This document shows positions 26,129-35,597 of a stretch of DNA of 64,000 nt, piece after piece; the first letter of the stretch is position 1; every line of letters begins with the position of its first letter. The stretch is from contig DAOUKA010000187.1 of NCBI GenBank assembly GCA_034421915.1, forward strand, positions 6,776 to 70,775, written 5' to 3'. Under the pieces are notes generated by a model. That model was not told the DNA's origin. It searched no databases and saw only the letters and a list, made by a program, of their open reading frames with translations. The stretch is from Anaerolineae bacterium. GTDB taxonomy: Bacteria; Chloroflexota; Anaerolineae; Aggregatilineales; Phototrophicaceae. A program made the position numbers and the translations under genes.

Positions 26129-28378
26129 ATGTCTACACTTAATCCTGATTTGATTTCGAAAGATATGGATGCGGTACTGAACGACACCGTGCCGATGTTA
26201 GCCGAGTACCGAAAATCTTCGATTATGCCGGAGATGGTGCTGCTGGCGCTGCTTGAGCGCGAAAATACGGCTGCCTGGCGGATGCTCAAGATGTTTGAAA
26301 ACACGCGCGGCGTCGACCTTGAAAGGCTGCAGCGTCAGGTCAAGCTGGCGATACAATCGCGCCGTGACCCAGATGGCAGCCTTGATTTTGTCGCCATTGG
26401 CAACCGAAAAGTCTCATTGAGCCGTCAGTCGATTGTGCTGCTGGATGATGGGCTGACGGTCGCCAATTCGATGAACGAGCGGAAAATTGACACCGACCAT
26501 GCGCTGGTGGTGCTGGCGGAAACATCCGTCAGCACTGGCGGGATTCTGCGCCAGTTCAGCATCACGCCCAAGTCGATTCAGGATGCCTATAGCGATGCCA
26601 GCAAAATTATCCCCAGCCGTGATGACAGCACCACCGTGGATTATGTCAAACGCGCCAAGCGCGGCTTGCTGCGGGCGGTGCATTTTCGGGAAGATTTGCT
26701 GCGCAATATGATTAATGTACTCACGCAGTCGGTGAATCGGCATATTATTCTGATTGGCCCGGATGGGGTGGGCAAGCGAACGCTGGCCTACAGTCTGGCG
26801 CTGCTGATGGCAGAAGACAAGGGCCCGAGCGGTTTATACAATCTGGTGCAGATTAGCGAGACGGCCTTGCTGGATGGCGACCAGGAAGCGTTTCGGGCGG
26901 GGATGAGCGCCGCTCGGCGCGGGATTCTGTTTTTGCCGCTCATTCATCGTTTCTTTGGCGGACCGATTAAGGCGGATTTCAATAAAGCGACCTCGCTGGT
27001 GCAAAAGGCTTTTTTGAATGAGGATCCAGTTATTATCTGCACGACAACCCAGCACGAATTCGAGGCGCGGATTCAAGGGGTCAGCGCCATTAGTGAAAAC
27101 AGCCAGATTATTCGCGTCGATGAACCCTCGCTGGAGGAAGCCGTGCAAATCCTGGAGACGATTGCGCCTCATTTGGAATCGGATTATGAGATTTCGATTG
27201 AGCATGATGCCCTGGAGATAGCGGCACGGATGGCGCAGCGTTATCTGACCATTCACCCCTTGCCCCAGAGCGCCGAGCAATTGCTGCACCGCACAGCGGC
27301 GATGGTCAACATGGGCAAACAGGCGCATTTGGCATTCAAGCCAGACAATAATGACGCTATCCTGGATGTTGAAGATGTCACCCTGGTCACCAGCCAGATG
27401 ACCGGCATTCCGGTCACCAAGCTGGGCGCTGATGAGCGGCTGCGTTATGCCAATATGGTCGAGCATCTTAGCGAGCGCCTGATTGGTCAATCCGAGGCGG
27501 TGCAGTTGGTGAGCCGTGCCATTAAGACGGCGCGGGTGGGCCTTAAGGATCCCAAGCGTCCGATTGGGACCTTCCTGTTTTTGGGGCCGACGGGCATTGG
27601 CAAGACGGAAATGGCGCGGGTGCTGGCAGACTTCATGTTTGGCAGCGAGGAGACGCTCTTCACGCTGGATATGAGTGAATACAAGGATGAAAGCAGCATC
27701 AACCGCCTGATTGGTTCGGCAGTTGGCTATGTGGGCAGTGACGAAGGCGGGCAGCTGACCGAGCGGATTCGCCAGCAGCCCTACACGATTGTGCTGCTGG
27801 ACGAAATCGAAAAAGCGCATCCGCGAATTATGGATGTGCTGTTGCAAGTGATGGAAGAGGGACGGCTGACGGACGGGCGGGGGAATGTCGCCCGATTCAG
27901 TGAGGCGGTTGTGATTATGACCAGCAACATCGGTTCGGAGCATTTGATGGTGCGGCAGATTACCGATGACCTGCGCGAACAGATTATGGATCAGGTCTTG
28001 GACTTCCTGCGCCCGGAATTTATCAATCGGCTGGATGAGGTGATTTTGTTTAATGCCTTGAATGATGAGGATCTGGCGCTGATTCTGGATTTGGAGATTC
28101 GCAAAGAGAACAGGCTGGCTGGCGAGCGCGGCTTGACGCTGACCTTTACGGGCGGCGCCAAGAAGTGGCTGCTGATGCAGAATGATGAGCCAGAATATGG
28201 TGCGCGTCCCTTGCGGCGCATCTTGCGGCGGAACTTGCGCGAGCCCTTGGCGGATTTCTTGCTGCGCTCGAATCCGCCAGAAGGCACCGAGGTTCGGATT
28301 AGCGCCAGTCGCAGGCGCGGCGGCGGGCTCAAATTCTCGGCGACTATTGCAGGCAAAGAAGTTTTCGATAAGGCTTAG
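26129..28378 (+). CDS. Clp/Hsp100-family AAA+ protein with a degenerate first nucleotide-binding module
   Basis: Two Clp_N repeats. D1 Walker A is GPDGVGKRT and the Walker B position is ILFLPLIH. D2 is canonical: GPTGIGKTE, VLLDEIEKAHP, GYVGSDEGGQLTE. Confidence 0.85.
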   Translation: MSTLNPDLISKDMDAVLNDTVPMLAEYRKSSIMPEMVLLALLERENTAAWRMLKMFENTRGVDLERLQRQVKLAIQSRRDPDGSLDFVAIGNRKVSLSRQSIVLLDDGLTVANSMNERKIDTDHALVVLAETSVSTGGILRQFSITPKSIQDAYSDASKIIPSRDDSTTVDYVKRAKRGLLRAVHFREDLLRNMINVLTQSVNRHIILIGPDGVGKRTLAYSLALLMAEDKGPSGLYNLVQISETALLDGDQEAFRAGMSAARRGILFLPLIHRFFGGPIKADFNKATSLVQKAFLNEDPVIICTTTQHEFEARIQGVSAISENSQIIRVDEPSLEEAVQILETIAPHLESDYEISIEHDALEIAARMAQRYLTIHPLPQSAEQLLHRTAAMVNMGKQAHLAFKPDNNDAILDVEDVTLVTSQMTGIPVTKLGADERLRYANMVEHLSERLIGQSEAVQLVSRAIKTARVGLKDPKRPIGTFLFLGPTGIGKTEMARVLADFMFGSEETLFTLDMSEYKDESSINRLIGSAVGYVGSDEGGQLTERIRQQPYTIVLLDEIEKAHPRIMDVLLQVMEEGRLTDGRGNVARFSEAVVIMTSNIGSEHLMVRQITDDLREQIMDQVLDFLRPEFINRLDEVILFNALNDEDLALILDLEIRKENRLAGERGLTLTFTGGAKKWLLMQNDEPEYGARPLRRILRRNLREPLADFLLRSNPPEGTEVRISASRRRGGGLKFSATIAGKEVFDKA

Positions 28379-28391
28379 AGCAGAGGGGAAA

Positions 28392-29813
28392 ATGACAGAA
28401 TTGGATCGCTCGATATTCAGGAAATACGATATTCGGGGCATTGCCGCCGGTGATGCCCCGCAGCTAACACCCGCGGTTGCCTTGGCTGTTGGCAAGGCCT
28501 TGGGCACCTATTTGCCGCAGCAGTTTCAGACGCAGCGAGTTTTTGTCGGCTCGGACAATCGGGTTACATCGGCGGCGCTCAAGGCCGCGATGATTGAAGG
28601 GCTGGCTGCCACAGGGCTTGCTGTGACAGACATTGGTGAAGTTCTGACGCCGACGGTTTATTTTGCCGCAGCGTCCTTTGCGGGGGCGGGCGCCGGTGTG
28701 ATGATTACCGGCAGTCATTTGGATACCCGTTACAACGGCATCAAAATGGCTTATGGCCGGCTGGCGCTTGCGGGGGAACAGATTCAGGATTTGCTGAGGA
28801 TGATTGATGCGGATGACTTTGCTGATGGGGCGGCTGTGGTCAGCGAAGACCGCGAGATGATTCACAGGCACATGGCCGCGATTCAGGGCAAGGTCAACGT
28901 GGCCAAGCCAATGAAGGTGGTGCTGGATGCCGGCAATGGCTTGTCGGGGACTTATATCCCACCAGTCTTGACCGCGCTCGGCTTGCAAGTGGAGTGCCTG
29001 TACTGCGAACCGGATGGCAGCTTCCCGAATCATCTGCCGAACCCGGAAGACCCTGAAATGACCAAAGACCTGGAAGCGAAAGTGGTCGAATTGGGTGCGG
29101 ATTTGGGCTTGGCTTTCGACGGGGACAGCGACCGCTGCGGCTTTATCGACAATCATGGGCATCATATCACCGCCGACCGTCTGCTGGCGCTGCTGGCGCG
29201 TGATTTGCTTGGAAGGCATCCGAATACGCCTATTGTTTTTGATGTGAAAGCATCGCAGGCCTTGCCCGATGAAATCAAGAAATATGGCGGTGAACCCGTG
29301 ATGTGGAAGTCGGGGCACAGCCTGATGAAGCAGAAGATGAATGAAATCGGGTCGTTGCTGGGCGGGGAGGTGAGCGGTCACCTCTTTATTGGCGAAGATT
29401 ATTATGGCTTTGATGATGCCCCGCTGGTTGCGCTCAAAACACTCGAAATTATCAGCAAGTCGGACAAGACGGTTGCGGAAATTTTTGACGAGATTCCGAA
29501 ATTGGTCGCCACGCCCGAAATCACCTTGCCTGCTCCTGATGATTTGAAATTCAAGATGATTGACGACATGATGGGCAAGCTGCAAGACAAATATGAGGTT
29601 GTGACGATAGATGGGGCGCGGGTTCTGTTTGAACATGGCTGGGGTCTGGTGCGTGCCAGCAACACGCAGCCGGCGGTAACACTGCGCTTTGAGGCTTATA
29701 CCCGTGAGCAGATTTCCGATTATATGCAGATTTTCAAAGCGCAGTTGAATCGTTATCCGCAAATCAATCAAGACAGGTTTGATGCACAGATTGAGGCATT
29801 TGGCGCGGTCTAA
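28392..29813 (+). CDS. alpha-D-phosphohexomutase (phosphomannomutase/phosphoglucomutase)
   Basis: FRKYDIRGIA, phosphoserine loop ITGSHLDTRYNGIK (a variant of TASHNP), metal loop FDGDSDR, and sugar loop GGEVSGH. Start trimmed to ATG 28392, behind GAGGGGAAA. Confidence 0.88.
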   Translation: MTELDRSIFRKYDIRGIAAGDAPQLTPAVALAVGKALGTYLPQQFQTQRVFVGSDNRVTSAALKAAMIEGLAATGLAVTDIGEVLTPTVYFAAASFAGAGAGVMITGSHLDTRYNGIKMAYGRLALAGEQIQDLLRMIDADDFADGAAVVSEDREMIHRHMAAIQGKVNVAKPMKVVLDAGNGLSGTYIPPVLTALGLQVECLYCEPDGSFPNHLPNPEDPEMTKDLEAKVVELGADLGLAFDGDSDRCGFIDNHGHHITADRLLALLARDLLGRHPNTPIVFDVKASQALPDEIKKYGGEPVMWKSGHSLMKQKMNEIGSLLGGEVSGHLFIGEDYYGFDDAPLVALKTLEIISKSDKTVAEIFDEIPKLVATPEITLPAPDDLKFKMIDDMMGKLQDKYEVVTIDGARVLFEHGWGLVRASNTQPAVTLRFEAYTREQISDYMQIFKAQLNRYPQINQDRFDAQIEAFGAV

Positions 29814-30073
29814 AACGGGGGCGGGGGCGATATGCTTTGGACGGCATAATTGAACAGGCTGAGGACGATGATGAGGGTTGCGCCGAATAGAATCATCAGT
29901 GTGCCATAAATGATTTGTCGTATGTCCCAGCTACGGGTTCGCTTGGGGGGTGAGTTGGCGGCGCTGCGTGCCAGCCTTTTTTGCCAGCTTCGGCTGCGGT
30001 CGAAAATCAGGAACAAGCCCCCAATGACAAAGGGCAGCCCAAACAGAGTGCCAAAACAAAGCGCAGCAATCAC
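29810..30073 (-). CDS. small two-TM membrane protein, unknown
   Basis: 87 aa with two hydrophobic helices flanking a basic loop. ORF evidence only. Confidence 0.4.
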   Translation of the reverse strand: MIAALCFGTLFGLPFVIGGLFLIFDRSRSWQKRLARSAANSPPKRTRSWDIRQIIYGTLMILFGATLIIVLSLFNYAVQSISPPPPF

Positions 30074-30212
30074 GAGGCATCCTCTTTTGACTCATGGATG
30101 ATATGCCAGACAGGCTGTCCATTGTAGGCAATCGAGGCACTATTGCAAGGTGGCGGTTTTCAGTTATGATGGTTTCACCCATACATGCAAACCCAATCTG
30201 GCAGGCTGTGCT

Positions 30213-30887
30213 ATGAATCGAATGAACGACCCCAACCAACCACCGACTATCGAATTTGCCGTTGACCATGAACATGGGGGTGTTCGCACTGTTGGCTGTG
30301 TCTCCTTTTCTATTGGGGCAGTTGTGAGTTTTTTAATTCTCAATGCGGTCTTTCCCAACGGCGGCCTGATTGTATTGGGGGCGGCTTTGGCGATTGCGGT
30401 TGGCTTGACCTATGCTGCCGATTATCTGACAAAGAGGTATTGGCCCAGCAATCGCTATATTCAATTCTTGGATGACATGATTCAGCTTGTGCAAGCCAAC
30501 AAAGTGCAGAGCGAGATTGATGCCCAGCAGAATGTCAATCTGCTCATGTGGCATTTTGAGGCGGGGCGGCATCCGCGTGTCCCCAAAGGCTGGTATGTGG
30601 TTGCCAATGCACTGGAGCAGGAGGGCGAATACATTGTGACCTACAGCATCGCCTCGCCCCAGGACTTTGAGGCCTTGCCCCTGTCGCGCTTGTCTACCAA
30701 GTTCCAGCGCAAAAAAGGCAAGCGCGGCGAAACCCGCGACCTGCGTGCAGCCGGCAGCATCCGCCGCATCGAGCAGGCGGAATTTCATCGCGGCGAACTT
30801 GGCGCCGAGATGTCGTTGGAAGATTATCAGGCTTATCTCGATTATCTCACCGATACTTATACCTCATGGATGCCTAAAGACAAATGA
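30213..30887 (+). CDS. membrane-anchored protein of unknown function
   Basis: ORF 30150..30887 (GTG), with ATG at 30213. Two TM helices followed by a charged soluble domain. Its stop overlaps the next start (ATGA). Confidence 0.5.
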   Translation: MNRMNDPNQPPTIEFAVDHEHGGVRTVGCVSFSIGAVVSFLILNAVFPNGGLIVLGAALAIAVGLTYAADYLTKRYWPSNRYIQFLDDMIQLVQANKVQSEIDAQQNVNLLMWHFEAGRHPRVPKGWYVVANALEQEGEYIVTYSIASPQDFEALPLSRLSTKFQRKKGKRGETRDLRAAGSIRRIEQAEFHRGELGAEMSLEDYQAYLDYLTDTYTSWMPKDK

Positions 30888-32416
30888 TGCCCTGTTGCAG
30901 AATGGTTTTCTGCCTGGTCTGTCTGCTGGCGCATGGCATATCGCTGTTGGCGCAGACTGACGCTATTGAGCCTGGCAGCATCATCGAGGCGACGCTTTCG
31001 AGCCATGAGACCCATCGCTATCAACTCCGTGCCTTAAAGCTGACCCTGATTTCCTTTCGCGTTGAGGCGTTGGCGGCGGGCTTTGACCCCGTGATTGAAG
31101 TCTTCGACAGTTCGGGCAAGCTGATTGTCAGTAACGATGATTATGCTTATCCTGATGTATTGGATGCCGTTATTCAGGCATTCATCATCCCGCTAACCGA
31201 TACTTATACGATCCAAGTGAGCGGTTTTGACGGCACAGGCGGCGGTTATCGGCTGCTGGTGCTGCCAGGTTACGACAGTCTGGCTTGGCGGGACAGGACG
31301 ATGGCGCAGTCCGATTGGGAGGTGGTCTACAACGAAATCGCCATTGTCCAGCCGAGCGATGGGGGGCTGGCGCTTGAAATGGAAGGCGTGTCCAAGTCGG
31401 CATCTCTGGTTGGTCGGCGCTTGCCGACAGAGCGCGACTTTTATTTTGAAGCTGCCTTCGACAAGGTTGTTTCTGTGCCCAATGGACAGGTGGGCATACT
31501 CTTCCGTTATGTCAGCCCAGAGCGGTATTATCGCCTGCTGCTGAACAAACAGGGTTATTGGCGCATGGAGCGGGTCGAGGGCGCGGAGACCGTCACGGTT
31601 CGGAATTGGAATACACATCCAGCAATCTCCCCTGGCGAAACCGACTTCCGCTTGGGTATTTTGGCAAGCGGACAACTCTTTGATATTGTGTATAACGGTC
31701 AAGTGGTTGGCACGGTCATTGAAAACCGCATCGCGGAAGCTGGCGGTATGGGCATCACCACAACCACCGACGACTCCTTTGGCAGCCGACTGTCCTTTGT
31801 GGTAACGGAAGCGACCATGACGTTGCCGACCCGTGTGGATGGCGATTTGTTATTCCCGCAGCAGCTTGTGGCCAGTAATTATACCGCGCTGGCTAATTTG
31901 CTGGCGCGGCAGCAGATGATTCCAGCCACCGGCGAGGCAAAGCTGACCTTGCCCAAAAGCACAGTGCGCGATATTCCGCCTGGCGTGACGCGGTTTCCGA
32001 TTGGGTTCGGCATCACCTTTGCCGAATTTGTCATCGGTATGACCCTGAGCTATGAAACGCGAGCCAGCGCCGCCGGCGGCTGCGGCATCATTTTCCATTA
32101 TGCTGAAGATAAAAATTACACGCTCGCCTATATCAATGCCGCCGGCGAGTATGGCGTGTCCCGCCGCCAGGGCGATGCCTTCCAGCCCGGCATCTATGGC
32201 AGCAATCTGGCGCCAGCGCAAAAATCAAAGCATTTGCTGGTTATTGTTTATGGCGGAATGCTGCATTATTACATTAACTATTTGCATGTCGGCACGATGC
32301 CTTACCAGCCGCTAAGCGGTGAACTCGGCATAGCTGTGGTGAACTTCGAGCAGGCAGATACAACCTGCGTCTTCGAGAATCTCTGGCTGTGGAGTCTGGA
32401 TGAGGCCGCTTCCTAG
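30884..32416 (+). CDS. secreted protein: N-terminal PPC-like beta-sandwich plus two DUF1080/LamG-like jelly-roll repeats (domain names are my inference)
   Basis: Signal peptide ends LLAQTD. The pattern DPVIEVFDSSGKLIVSNDD...YTIQVSGF resembles pre-peptidase C-terminal domains. Two modules share G(I)(L/I)F(R/H)Y...Y(R/T)L. Confidence 0.55.
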   Translation: MMPCCRMVFCLVCLLAHGISLLAQTDAIEPGSIIEATLSSHETHRYQLRALKLTLISFRVEALAAGFDPVIEVFDSSGKLIVSNDDYAYPDVLDAVIQAFIIPLTDTYTIQVSGFDGTGGGYRLLVLPGYDSLAWRDRTMAQSDWEVVYNEIAIVQPSDGGLALEMEGVSKSASLVGRRLPTERDFYFEAAFDKVVSVPNGQVGILFRYVSPERYYRLLLNKQGYWRMERVEGAETVTVRNWNTHPAISPGETDFRLGILASGQLFDIVYNGQVVGTVIENRIAEAGGMGITTTTDDSFGSRLSFVVTEATMTLPTRVDGDLLFPQQLVASNYTALANLLARQQMIPATGEAKLTLPKSTVRDIPPGVTRFPIGFGITFAEFVIGMTLSYETRASAAGGCGIIFHYAEDKNYTLAYINAAGEYGVSRRQGDAFQPGIYGSNLAPAQKSKHLLVIVYGGMLHYYINYLHVGTMPYQPLSGELGIAVVNFEQADTTCVFENLWLWSLDEAAS

Positions 32417-32431
32417 CCAGCCATATCTTTG

Positions 32432-33859
32432 CTAACTGCGCATGACACTGCCGAGTGTGGCACAGCCCGGGCACGAGCCGTCAGGTCGCAAGAGGGCATA
32501 GCCCCCCATCGGGTCACTATCCCAGCGCGAGAAGTTGACGTTCCAGACAATCATCATGGCTACTTGTCCCGATTGCGCTGACAGGGCGGCGGCATCCGCC
32601 AGCCAAGCAGCCTGCTGCGCTACTGTGACATGGTTAGCCCAGCTAAAGTTTGCTGGAATCGGAGCATTCATACCCTCACCGCTCAGATAACCCAGTTCAG
32701 TCCAGCAGACCTTCTTGTTGGGGAAGAATCGGAGGCCGCGATTGAGCATGGAACTGAAGTATTGCGTTGGGTAATAGTTGCGCGGGTCGCCACTGTTGGC
32801 GCGGGGACTGACGATGCCCTCGTTGTAGTGCAAGCCGAGACAGTCCATATAATTGACGGCGCCGGCTTGTGCCATCTGCTGCATAAAAACATCATCGTTG
32901 CAAACTTGCGCCGTACATCCAGCAGCGCCAGCGTAACCGGTTGGCGCGGGGGCGCCGCTGATAACGAGGGTGCCAGGATTGGCGGATTTAATGGCATTGT
33001 AAGCCGCTGCCAGCAGTCGGGCATAACTGCCGCCATTGATTTGTCCGATGGGCCATTCACGATCCAGATTGGGCTCGTTCCAAACCTCGATGGCATCGGC
33101 GCCGGCGCTGGCAAGCTGTGCCGCAAATGCCGAGAAGGTTGCGATGTAGCCATCAAAGTCATCAGCGAGCGCATTTTTGTCGCCCACCAGACCCAGCAGA
33201 ATCTTGAAGCCATTGCTGTGAGCGGCATTGATGAATTCGACGCCTTTGCTGACGCCAGCATAGAGCGGCAGCTGCTTCTTGACCCAGGTCATGCCAGCCG
33301 AACGCATGAGGTCAACAGCCTGTGGCGTCAGGCCATCCACATGACCGCCCAAGGCAAATCCCGCGACACTGGCAGCGCCGACAACCGCTTGGGGCAGGTT
33401 AGCCGTCGCTTCGGTGGGGATATCTGTGGGCGCAGCCGGCGCAGGGGGCGTGACTTCATCGCAGATAACCGAGTTCTTGAGGTCGAAGCTCACCCGCGCC
33501 TGATAACGCTTGCCTGAAACATCCGTAATCGTAAATGTCCAGCCAGACAGAACATCGTCGCGTTTCTGGAGCATCGGGATGTCGGATGCACAGCTGTCAA
33601 TGCCAAATGAGCCGTATTGTTCCCAGTTCGCCTGTGTACTCCAGTCATCCTGATAAAAGCGCCATCTGACGATTCGGAGGGACGAGCCGCGCTCTTCCTC
33701 AATGAGGTCACGAGTAACTTGCAGGGCGCGTTGAATCGGGTCGCTGGACGATATGTCCTCTTCTTGCGCCAGCGACAGCGAGACCAAGCTCAGCAGAAGC
33801 AGAATGAGCAGGAACATTCTCGATAATTGATTGGAACAGCGCGTTGATTTTATCTGCAT
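32432..33859 (-). CDS. secreted clan GH-A (TIM-barrel) glycoside hydrolase
   Basis: Signal peptide, acid/base motif IEVWNEPN, and nucleophile region VCWTELGY. An extra N-terminal domain of about 130 aa is present. Confidence 0.65.
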   Translation of the reverse strand: MQIKSTRCSNQLSRMFLLILLLLSLVSLSLAQEEDISSSDPIQRALQVTRDLIEEERGSSLRIVRWRFYQDDWSTQANWEQYGSFGIDSCASDIPMLQKRDDVLSGWTFTITDVSGKRYQARVSFDLKNSVICDEVTPPAPAAPTDIPTEATANLPQAVVGAASVAGFALGGHVDGLTPQAVDLMRSAGMTWVKKQLPLYAGVSKGVEFINAAHSNGFKILLGLVGDKNALADDFDGYIATFSAFAAQLASAGADAIEVWNEPNLDREWPIGQINGGSYARLLAAAYNAIKSANPGTLVISGAPAPTGYAGAAGCTAQVCNDDVFMQQMAQAGAVNYMDCLGLHYNEGIVSPRANSGDPRNYYPTQYFSSMLNRGLRFFPNKKVCWTELGYLSGEGMNAPIPANFSWANHVTVAQQAAWLADAAALSAQSGQVAMMIVWNVNFSRWDSDPMGGYALLRPDGSCPGCATLGSVMRS

Positions 33860-33951
33860 AAGAATCCTCTTGGTGCATTACCAGTTCACAAGGGCTAAAC
33901 CTTAGCTGAATTTGCCAATTTTACCACAGTCTTTTGGCGCTTGTATGCTGT

Positions 33952-35529
33952 CTAGTCTCTCGGTATGGTGAAGTAAAATGTGGAGCCGCTTCCGATTTGG
34001 CTTTTGACCGAGATTTCCCCCCCGTGAGCTTCTACAATCGCTTTGACTAGGTACAGGCCCAAGCCGGTTCCCTGTGTGCGGCGCGTCAGCTTGTCATCAA
34101 TGCGATAGAAGCGGTCAAATATCTTCTCGATTTGGTCTTGAGGGATGCCCGCGCCTTCATCGCGCACAAACAGGGTCACATTTTTCTCGGTGAAGCGTCC
34201 GCCGACTGTGATGGTTTTGTTCGGCGGGGAATACTTGATGGCGTTGGTCAGCAAATTGTCGATGACCTGCCGCAGACGCACCTCGTCGCCTTGAATCACG
34301 GGGAAATTGTCCGGAAAGCTCAGCACGATAGGGTGTTTGGTCTGGCCTTCCAAACGACCGACCGACTGCGCTGCCAGCAACTCAAGCTGTGTATCGGCAA
34401 TGTTGAGCCGAAGCTCGCGGGCTGCCTGTATTTTGTTGGCTGTCAAGAGGTCTTCGACCAGATTCGTGAGGCGGTCTGCCTCCTCTTCGATAATCACCAT
34501 CTTGTCCCGAACAATGCTGCTTTCCCATTCCACATCATCGCGTGCCAAAGTGCTGGCGTAGCCCTTAATAATGGCAATCGGCGTGCGCAGTTCATGGTGA
34601 ATCGTTGAGATAAAGATGCTTTGCATCTCTTGCGCCTTGCGGAAATTGGTGATGTCGCGCACGTTGGCGATGATGCTCTCCAGGCGGCCATCTCCCGTCA
34701 GTAGCGGCGCATAGGTGATGCCAATGCTCAGCTTCATCCCGTCACGGCGAAGCAAATCGCCCTCGACATACAACGTTTCGCCGCGCCTGTCATCGGCGGC
34801 GGCTTGCGCCCAGCCCGAATCCAGGGCGGTTTCCAAGTCTTGGCTTTCCAGCTTGTCCCAGTCGATGACCTCATGTTTTGGCAGACCAATCACATCTTCT
34901 GTGCGCCAGCCGGTCATGCGTTCAAATGCCATATTGACCTGCTGGAAGGTCAGGTCGGGATTGAGGATGAAAACACCATCGCCACTGTTATTCAGAATGG
35001 CTTCCAGGCGCTGGCGTTCCTGATTGATATGTCCGTATAACTGGGCATTATGGACGGCAATGGCGGCCTGGTCGGCAAAACTCTGCAAGGTATTCAAATC
35101 GTCGGGGGTGATGGTGGTTTGGTAGGAGCGAAAGACGATGAGCAATCCGAGCGGATCCTGGGCAAAGACCAGGGGCATGGCAATCGACTGTTCGAGTTTG
35201 GCATCAATGGCGGCGGTCATCTCACGCAGCTTGGCATTGAGAAATTCACGGCTGAAACCCTCTTCGCTGCCGCCCTTCATCAATTCATACAATTTTTGAT
35301 TGAGTTCGGGAACAACATCGGATGCAATGCCAGTGTAAGCGCGAACATAGAACATCCCGTCATGTTTGTCAACCAGGGCGACGATGCCAACCCGTCCAGC
35401 CAGCATGACAACCGAGGCATGCAAGACCCGCCGCAAAACCTCGCTTAAATCAAGCTGGGCGGTAATGGCACGGGTAATCTCCAAGAGGAAATCGCGCTGC
35501 TGGGTTCGCAGGTCGGGTCGCATTAACAT
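33952..35529 (-). CDS. cytoplasmic GAF-PAS sensor histidine kinase
   Basis: H-box HHELRTPIAIIKGY, N box DNLLTNAIKYS, G boxes RDEGAGI and GTGLGL. No TM segment. Confidence 0.9.
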   Translation of the reverse strand: MLMRPDLRTQQRDFLLEITRAITAQLDLSEVLRRVLHASVVMLAGRVGIVALVDKHDGMFYVRAYTGIASDVVPELNQKLYELMKGGSEEGFSREFLNAKLREMTAAIDAKLEQSIAMPLVFAQDPLGLLIVFRSYQTTITPDDLNTLQSFADQAAIAVHNAQLYGHINQERQRLEAILNNSGDGVFILNPDLTFQQVNMAFERMTGWRTEDVIGLPKHEVIDWDKLESQDLETALDSGWAQAAADDRRGETLYVEGDLLRRDGMKLSIGITYAPLLTGDGRLESIIANVRDITNFRKAQEMQSIFISTIHHELRTPIAIIKGYASTLARDDVEWESSIVRDKMVIIEEEADRLTNLVEDLLTANKIQAARELRLNIADTQLELLAAQSVGRLEGQTKHPIVLSFPDNFPVIQGDEVRLRQVIDNLLTNAIKYSPPNKTITVGGRFTEKNVTLFVRDEGAGIPQDQIEKIFDRFYRIDDKLTRRTQGTGLGLYLVKAIVEAHGGEISVKSQIGSGSTFYFTIPRD

Positions 35530-35597
35530 GACTTGATTGTATCACGCCCTGGATTTGACAGCATGGAATCGGTTTGATTCTACCGGGCTTCTAACGC

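Noticed and set aside
26834-29771. Very long antisense ORFs: 557 aa at 26834..28507 and 435 aa at 28464..29771. Similar ones occur at 25489..26304, 37614..38645, 47591..48319 and 44124..45860.
   Set aside because: Each lies opposite a gene with strong family motifs (Clp, PMM, GH3, MutS, MATE, RecJ). Their translations are rich in R, Q, H and N, carry no recognisable motifs and have no RBS. They are typical stop-poor shadow frames of GC-rich coding DNA.
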